A stretch of 64,000 nt of DNA from the NCBI RefSeq assembly GCF_022763525.1, contig NZ_JALEGG010000087.1, forward strand, positions 1,691 through 65,690. The letters are read 5' to 3'. The stretch comes from Acidovorax sp. GTDB taxonomy: Bacteria > Pseudomonadota > Gammaproteobacteria > Burkholderiales > Burkholderiaceae_C. This document shows, in pieces, positions 59,711 through 64,000 of the stretch. A program made the translations under genes and the position numbers. The notes below the pieces were generated by a model. The model did no database searches, was not told where the DNA came from, and saw only the letters and a list, made by a program, of their open reading frames with translations. Position 1 is the first letter of the stretch; every line of letters starts with the position of its first letter.

Positions 59711-59931
59711 GAAGCGGTCCTCGGGTCGGTTGGGGCAGAAGGGATGCGGCCCCATGCGCGCCTTGTAGGTCCCGGTAACGCGTGGGGTGCATTGCCAATG
59801 TAGGAACTGACCGAGGTCCTCTCCGTGGGAGTGCAGGGAACCCGCTTGTAGGAACCGGCTGATGGTGCCGCCTGTGCAGGCCCGGCACGTCCTGGGGCCG
59901 CAGAGGGGGCGAACCTAACGAGTCGTATCGG

Positions 59932-59990
59932 TTTGCTATAAAAATAATAGCTGATTGCGCTTGTGGGTAAAGCGCTAGAGCCTCTTTTTA
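59932..59990 (+). repeat. SAR repeat, best-conserved intergenic copy
   Basis: tTTGCTATaaaaataATAGCTGattGCGCTTgtgggtaAAGCGCTaGAGCCtcttttta. 22 of 59 positions are G+C by hand count. Confidence 0.75.
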
Positions 59991-60040
59991 TCTAGAATCC
60001 GTGGCTCCATCCGTTGGGGCGCAACGCCCCGTGATACGCC

Positions 60041-60403
60041 ATGAACACCCTCCAATCCTTGCCCATCTCGCTGCAAACCGTCCTGCTGCTGGTCGCCAGC
60101 AACGTTTTCATGACCTTTGCCTGGTATGGCCACCTCAAGAGCCTTGCAACGTCGCCCTGGTACACGGCCGCACTGATCAGCTGGGGCATTGCGCTGTTCG
60201 AGTACCTGCTGCAAGTGCCTGCCAACCGCATTGGCTTCACACAGTTCAACGTAGGGCAGCTCAAGATCATGCAAGAGGTCATCACGCTGGCCGTGTTTGT
60301 CCCGTTCGCGGTTTTCTACATGGGGCAGCCGCTCAAGTGGGACTACCTCTGGGCCGGGCTTTGCCTGGTGGGCGCTGTGTATTTCATTTTCCGGGGCGCC
60401 TGA
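60041..60403 (+). CDS. DMT-superfamily small membrane protein (DUF486)
   Basis: 120 aa with four TMs: ...ASNVFMTFAWYGHLK...LFEYLLQVPANRIGF... Confidence 0.75.
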   Translation: MNTLQSLPISLQTVLLLVASNVFMTFAWYGHLKSLATSPWYTAALISWGIALFEYLLQVPANRIGFTQFNVGQLKIMQEVITLAVFVPFAVFYMGQPLKWDYLWAGLCLVGAVYFIFRGA

Positions 60404-60476
60404 CGCTGCTCAGCTACCACACGCCCAGCCACCCAAGTGCACGGGTGCGCCGGTTAAACTCGCGCGGTCCCGCAAA

Positions 60477-60492
60477 TGTCATGCAAGTGACA
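60477..60492. promoter_or_regulatory. Candidate operator, inverted repeat ATGTCA-N6-TGACAT
   Basis: aATGTCAtgcaagTGACATgg, 52 nt upstream of the DUF47 gene ATG. It matches the site at 27629-27644. Confidence 0.4.
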
Positions 60493-60543
60493 TGGTTTTG
60501 TCTTTTACAGAAACGATCGCGAGCCGATCCAGGAGCCTCCCCC

Positions 60544-61191
60544 ATGCTGTTTGCCAAGCTGTTGCCACGCGAAGGCAATTTTTTCGAAATGTTCAACCAG
60601 CATGCGGACCGCATCGTCGAGGCGGCCCGGGCCTTCTCGCAACTGGTGGCCAACTACGGTGACCTGCACCTGCGCGACAAGTACAACCAGGACGTGGACA
60701 ACGCCGAGCGCGCCGCGGACCGCGTGACGCACGAAGTGAACAAGGCCATCCACAAGACCTTCATCACCCCCATCGACCGCGAGCAGATCCACGCGCTGAT
60801 CAACACGATGGACGATGTGGCCGACTTGATCCAGGACTCGGCCGAAACCATGGCGCTGTATGACGTGCGCCACATGACGGAAGAGATCACGCGCCTCACC
60901 GACCTAAGCCTCAAGTGCTGCGAACGCCTGCGCGACGCAGTGAAGCTGCTGGACAAGATCGCCGACCCGGCAGTGGCCGAAGCCGCCCTCAAGACCTGCG
61001 AGGAAATCGACAAGCTCGAATCCGACGCCGACCGCGTGATGCGCAGCGCCATGAGCAAGCTGTTCCGCGAAGAGCCCGATGTGCGCGAGGTGATCAAGCT
61101 CAAGGCCATCTATGAGCTGCTGGAGACCATCACCGACAAGTGCGAGGACGTGGCCAACTGCATCGAGGGCATCGTCCTCGAAAACTCCTGA
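60544..61191 (+). CDS. DUF47-family (PhoU-like) phosphate transport regulator
   Basis: Start moved to ATG 60544 (MLFAKLLPREGNFFEMFNQHADRIVEAA...) with AGGAG upstream. Directly precedes pit. Confidence 0.85.
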   Translation: MLFAKLLPREGNFFEMFNQHADRIVEAARAFSQLVANYGDLHLRDKYNQDVDNAERAADRVTHEVNKAIHKTFITPIDREQIHALINTMDDVADLIQDSAETMALYDVRHMTEEITRLTDLSLKCCERLRDAVKLLDKIADPAVAEAALKTCEEIDKLESDADRVMRSAMSKLFREEPDVREVIKLKAIYELLETITDKCEDVANCIEGIVLENS

Positions 61192-61210
61192 TCCCCGCAG
61201 GCTGACCAGC

Positions 61211-62221
61211 ATGGAAACCATACAGACGGCCCTGTGGGTTGTGGTGTTGCTCGTGGCGCTGGCGCTCCTGTTCGACTTCATGAACGGGTTCCACGACGCG
61301 GCCAATTCGATTGCCACGGTGGTGTCCACCGGCGTGCTCAAGCCCGCGCAGGCGGTGCTGTTCGCGGCGTTCTTCAACTTCGTCGCGATCTTCATCTTCC
61401 ACCTGAGTGTGGCGGCCACCGTGGGCAAGGGCATCGTCCAGCCAGGTGTGGTCGACACGCACGTCGTGTTTGGCGCGCTCGTGGGCGCCATCACCTGGAA
61501 CGTGATCACCTGGTATTACGGCATCCCCAGCAGTTCCTCGCATGCGCTGATCGGCGGCATTGTGGGCGCGGTGATCGCCAAGGCGGGCGCCAGCGCGCTC
61601 ATCTCCGCGGGCATTCTCAAGACGGTGGCGTTCATCTTCGTGTCGCCGCTGCTCGGGTTTGCGCTCGGCTCGCTGATGATGGTGGCCGTGGCCTGGATCT
61701 TCCGGCGTACCCGGCCCAGCAAGGTCGACAAGTGGTTCCGCCGGCTGCAGCTGGTGTCTGCCGGTGCCTACAGCCTGGGCCACGGCGGGAACGACGCGCA
61801 AAAGACCATCGGCATCATCTGGCTGCTGCTGATCGCTACCGGGTATTCGTCTGCCGGGGACGCCTCCCCGCCCACCTGGACCATCGTGAGCTGCTATGTG
61901 GCCATCGGCCTGGGCACCATGTTCGGCGGCTGGCGCATCGTCAAGACCATGGGCCAGAAGATCACCAAGCTCAAGCCCGTGGGCGGCTTTTGCGCCGAAA
62001 CCGGCGGGGCGCTCACACTGTTCCTGGCCACCACGCTCGGTATCCCGGTGTCCACCACGCACACTATCACGGGCGCCATCGTGGGCGTCGGCTCCACGCA
62101 GCGCGCCAGCGCAGTGCGCTGGGGCGTGGCGGGCAACATCATCTGGGCCTGGATCCTGACCATCCCCGCCAGCGCTTTTGTGGCGGCGGTGGCCTACTGG
62201 ATCAGCCTTCAGATCTTTTGA
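61211..62221 (+). CDS. pit: Inorganic phosphate transporter, PiT family
   Basis: Start moved to ATG 61211 (METIQTALWVVV...). PiT signatures ...FMNGFHDAANSIATVV... and ...GHGGNDAQKTIG.... Confidence 0.92.
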   Translation: METIQTALWVVVLLVALALLFDFMNGFHDAANSIATVVSTGVLKPAQAVLFAAFFNFVAIFIFHLSVAATVGKGIVQPGVVDTHVVFGALVGAITWNVITWYYGIPSSSSHALIGGIVGAVIAKAGASALISAGILKTVAFIFVSPLLGFALGSLMMVAVAWIFRRTRPSKVDKWFRRLQLVSAGAYSLGHGGNDAQKTIGIIWLLLIATGYSSAGDASPPTWTIVSCYVAIGLGTMFGGWRIVKTMGQKITKLKPVGGFCAETGGALTLFLATTLGIPVSTTHTITGAIVGVGSTQRASAVRWGVAGNIIWAWILTIPASAFVAAVAYWISLQIF

Positions 62222-62277
62222 TTCCCGCGTCGGGTTTGCTGCTGAAAAGTAGCGAAAAAGCCTGACTGAGAAAGCGC

Positions 62278-62314
62278 AAACGCCCTGCAGGATTTCCATC
62301 CCGTAGGGCGTTTT
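62278..62314 (+). terminator. Rho-independent terminator after pit
   Basis: aaacgccct-18 nt loop-agggcgtttt. Confidence 0.7.
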
Positions 62315-62368
62315 GCTTGGTGGGATCGATCGGGCTGCGAGGCACCGAGGCAGGGCGCTACCGCTGCA

Positions 62369-62827
62369 TCATTGCGAGATCTTGCGGGCTTCCTCGATCT
62401 GGTATTCGAAGTAGCGCTGAAAGCTGAAAGCCAGGCTGGCCATCAACACGGCCGTGCCCACCATCAGAGCCACGATGATGGCGCCGATGGTGATCCATTG
62501 CGTCCGCCCCGCGGGGGAATCTGGCGCGGCGCCGGGGTTGTAGCGTTCGTTCCAGGCCTCGGGTGTTTTCAGTGCGAACAGAATCGCTTGCAGCGCGCAG
62601 CCCGCGATGGTGAAGCCCAGCAGCGGAATCAGCATCCAGCTCATGTGGTCGTCCTGGCCCATCTGCTGGACGCGCTGGATGCCGTAGATCCCCAGCGCCG
62701 TAGGGATCGGCAGCAACCACCCGATGAGGTCGCCCATTCCGTGCAGGTAGAAGCGGTGCAGGCCCAGGGGTCCGCCGGCGAAAGCGAGCCAGGCTGCCAA
62801 GGTCTTGTTTTTCATGGTGCGCTTCAT
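62369..62827 (-). CDS. TM2 domain-containing membrane protein
   Basis: The start ATG at 62827 (MKRTMKNKTLAAWLAFAGGPLGLHRFYLHG...) overlaps the stop of the upstream GNAT gene (ATGA). Confidence 0.75.
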   Translation of the reverse strand: MKRTMKNKTLAAWLAFAGGPLGLHRFYLHGMGDLIGWLLPIPTALGIYGIQRVQQMGQDDHMSWMLIPLLGFTIAGCALQAILFALKTPEAWNERYNPGAAPDSPAGRTQWITIGAIIVALMVGTAVLMASLAFSFQRYFEYQIEEARKISQ

Positions 62828-63345
62828 TCGGGCGAGGTGGTGTCGCCTGCGCCCAGGGCCTTTTCCATGAGCACGATGTCGCGCCAGGCCCCGAATTTCC
62901 AGCCCACCGAGCGCATGATGCCCACGTCGGTAAATCCCAGCGCACGGTGCACGCCGATGGAGCCGGCATTCGCCGAGTCGCCGATGACGGCCAGCAGTTT
63001 GCGCACGCCGACGGCCTCGGCCTGTGCGGCCAGCTCGGCCAGCAGCAGGCGGCCCAGCCCCATGCCGCGGGCGTCTTCCGCCACGTAGATCGAATCCTCG
63101 GCCGAGAACCGGTAGGCCGGCCGCGGCTTGAACCAATTGGCATAGGCGAAGCCCAGCACACGCCCATCCTGCTCGGCCACTAGCCAGGGCAAGCCTTTGC
63201 CCAGCACATCGGCGCGGCGGGCGGCCATGTCGGCTTCGGAGGGAGGGTCGATCTCGAAGGTGCCCGTGCCGTGCAATACGTGATGCCGGTAAATGGCGGT
63301 GATGTGGGGGATGTCAGCGTCGGTGCTGGGCCGGATGATGGGCAT
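62824..63345 (-). CDS. GNAT-family N-acetyltransferase (phosphinothricin/methionine-sulfoximine acetyltransferase-like)
   Basis: Start moved to ATG 63345 (MPIIRPSTDADIPHITAIYRHHVLHGTGTFE...). Acetyl-CoA motif ...ARGMGLGRLLL.... Confidence 0.8.
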   Translation of the reverse strand: MPIIRPSTDADIPHITAIYRHHVLHGTGTFEIDPPSEADMAARRADVLGKGLPWLVAEQDGRVLGFAYANWFKPRPAYRFSAEDSIYVAEDARGMGLGRLLLAELAAQAEAVGVRKLLAVIGDSANAGSIGVHRALGFTDVGIMRSVGWKFGAWRDIVLMEKALGAGDTTSPE

Positions 63346-63360
63346 TTGGGAAGAAGTGGA

Positions 63361-63366
63361 TATAAT
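63361..63366 (+). promoter_or_regulatory. Candidate -10 box for the rpsP operon
   Basis: A perfect TATAAT lies 126 nt upstream of the rpsP ATG. Only a weak -35 (tgatgg, 19-nt spacer) is present. Confidence 0.3.
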
Positions 63367-63491
63367 CGCGGGCTTTGCAGCGTGTCGCTGGCCGGGTGGC
63401 CATGTCGCGTGTCTCAAGCGTTGCGAATATGGTTGCGAACACTGTGGCTCTCGGCAAATAGCGCCGGAGTTCACCACCCGAAGGATAAATC

Positions 63492-63743
63492 ATGGTCGTC
63501 ATTCGACTCTCCCGCGGCGGCTCCAAGGGCCGTCCTTTCTTCAATATCGTCGTTGCTGACAAGCGCGTGCGCCGCGATGGCCGTTTCATTGAGCGCATTG
63601 GCTTCTACAACCCCACCGCCAAGGAATCCGAAGAAGGCCTGCGCATTGCACAGGACCGCCTGACGTACTGGACGGGTGTGGGCGCCCAGACCTCGGCCAC
63701 CGTGGATCGCCTGATCAAGCAAGCTGCCAAGAAGGCCGCTTAA
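63492..63743 (+). CDS. rpsP: 30S ribosomal protein S16
   Basis: [41 protein letters not shown]... Confidence 0.95.
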   Translation: MVVIRLSRGGSKGRPFFNIVVADKRVRRDGRFIERIGFYNPTAKESEEGLRIAQDRLTYWTGVGAQTSATVDRLIKQAAKKAA

Positions 63744-63753
63744 AGCTCTTCGC

Positions 63754-63798
63754 AAAAGGGCGGGTTTCGTCGGCAAGACTGGCGGAACCCGCCCTTTT
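63754..63798 (+). terminator. Hairpin with T-run between rpsP and rimM (partial terminator/attenuator)
   Basis: aaaagggcgggtt-loop-aacccgccctttt. Confidence 0.6.
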
Positions 63799-63822
63799 CC
63801 TATTCCGGAATCCGTACGCACC

Positions 63823-64000
63823 ATGGCCGACATTTCCCTGCACCTTGAATCCGCACAGTTGCCGGAAGACGCCGTTGAGGTGGGGCGCATTGCAGATGCC
63901 TGGGGGGTGAAGGGTTGGTTCAAGGTGTTGTCGCACAGCGGTAGCCCCGAAGCGCTGTTTTCAGCCAAGCGCTGGTACCTTCTGCCCTCCGAGCGAGGTG
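63823..64000 (+). CDS. rimM: Ribosome maturation factor RimM (5' partial; runs off the window)
   Basis: MADISLHLESAQLPEDAVEVGRIADAWGVKGWFKVLSHSG..., in the conserved position after rpsP. Confidence 0.8.
   Translation, partial: MADISLHLESAQLPEDAVEVGRIADAWGVKGWFKVLSHSGSPEALFSAKRWYLLPSERG

Overview
This is a very GC-rich chromosomal segment. Gene content and protein sequences look beta-proteobacterial and Comamonadaceae/Acidovorax-like, which is an inference only. It is almost entirely housekeeping and core metabolism: a secreted protease-moxR-DUF58-VWA set, tatD, tctBA, ggt, ribF/ileS/lspA, purN, two acyl-CoA dehydrogenases, rpmB-rpmG, trxB, ftsK-lolA-rarA, livHMGF, a DUF47-pit operon, and rpsP-rimM. 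I called about 60 CDS. Many starts were moved inward from the six-frame track, which translates the first alternative start as M and includes the stop codon. I saw no rRNA, tRNA, CRISPR array, transposase, integrase, prophage or recognisable defence genes. The long ORFs antisense to real genes are ordinary high-GC artefacts.

The unusual content is mostly repeat architecture.
- A ~60-bp AT-rich interspersed repeat has at least 13 copies in 64 kb. Seven copies lie inside intact ORFs, in a restricted set of reading frames, which is behaviour like Rickettsia palindromic elements. The hosts include ileS, rarA and the lolA signal peptide.
- Two tandem MITE-like elements with terminal inverted repeats are each bracketed by CTAG.
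- A ~115-130-bp GC-rich long-palindrome family has three copies, all at gene 3' ends.

Gene-level oddities are as follows.
- An orphan TRAP-type solute-binding protein is translationally coupled (ATGA) to a periplasmic-domain PAS-GGDEF-EAL protein, an NspS/MbaA-like architecture.
- The palindrome ATGTCA-N6-TGACAT is shared upstream of both phosphate-transporter operons.
- There is an orphan GspE/PilB-type ATPase.
- A Crp-family regulator sits at the position lrp holds in the E. coli trxB/ftsK/lolA/rarA neighbourhood.

All repeat searching was done by eye, so copy numbers are lower bounds and element boundaries are approximate.
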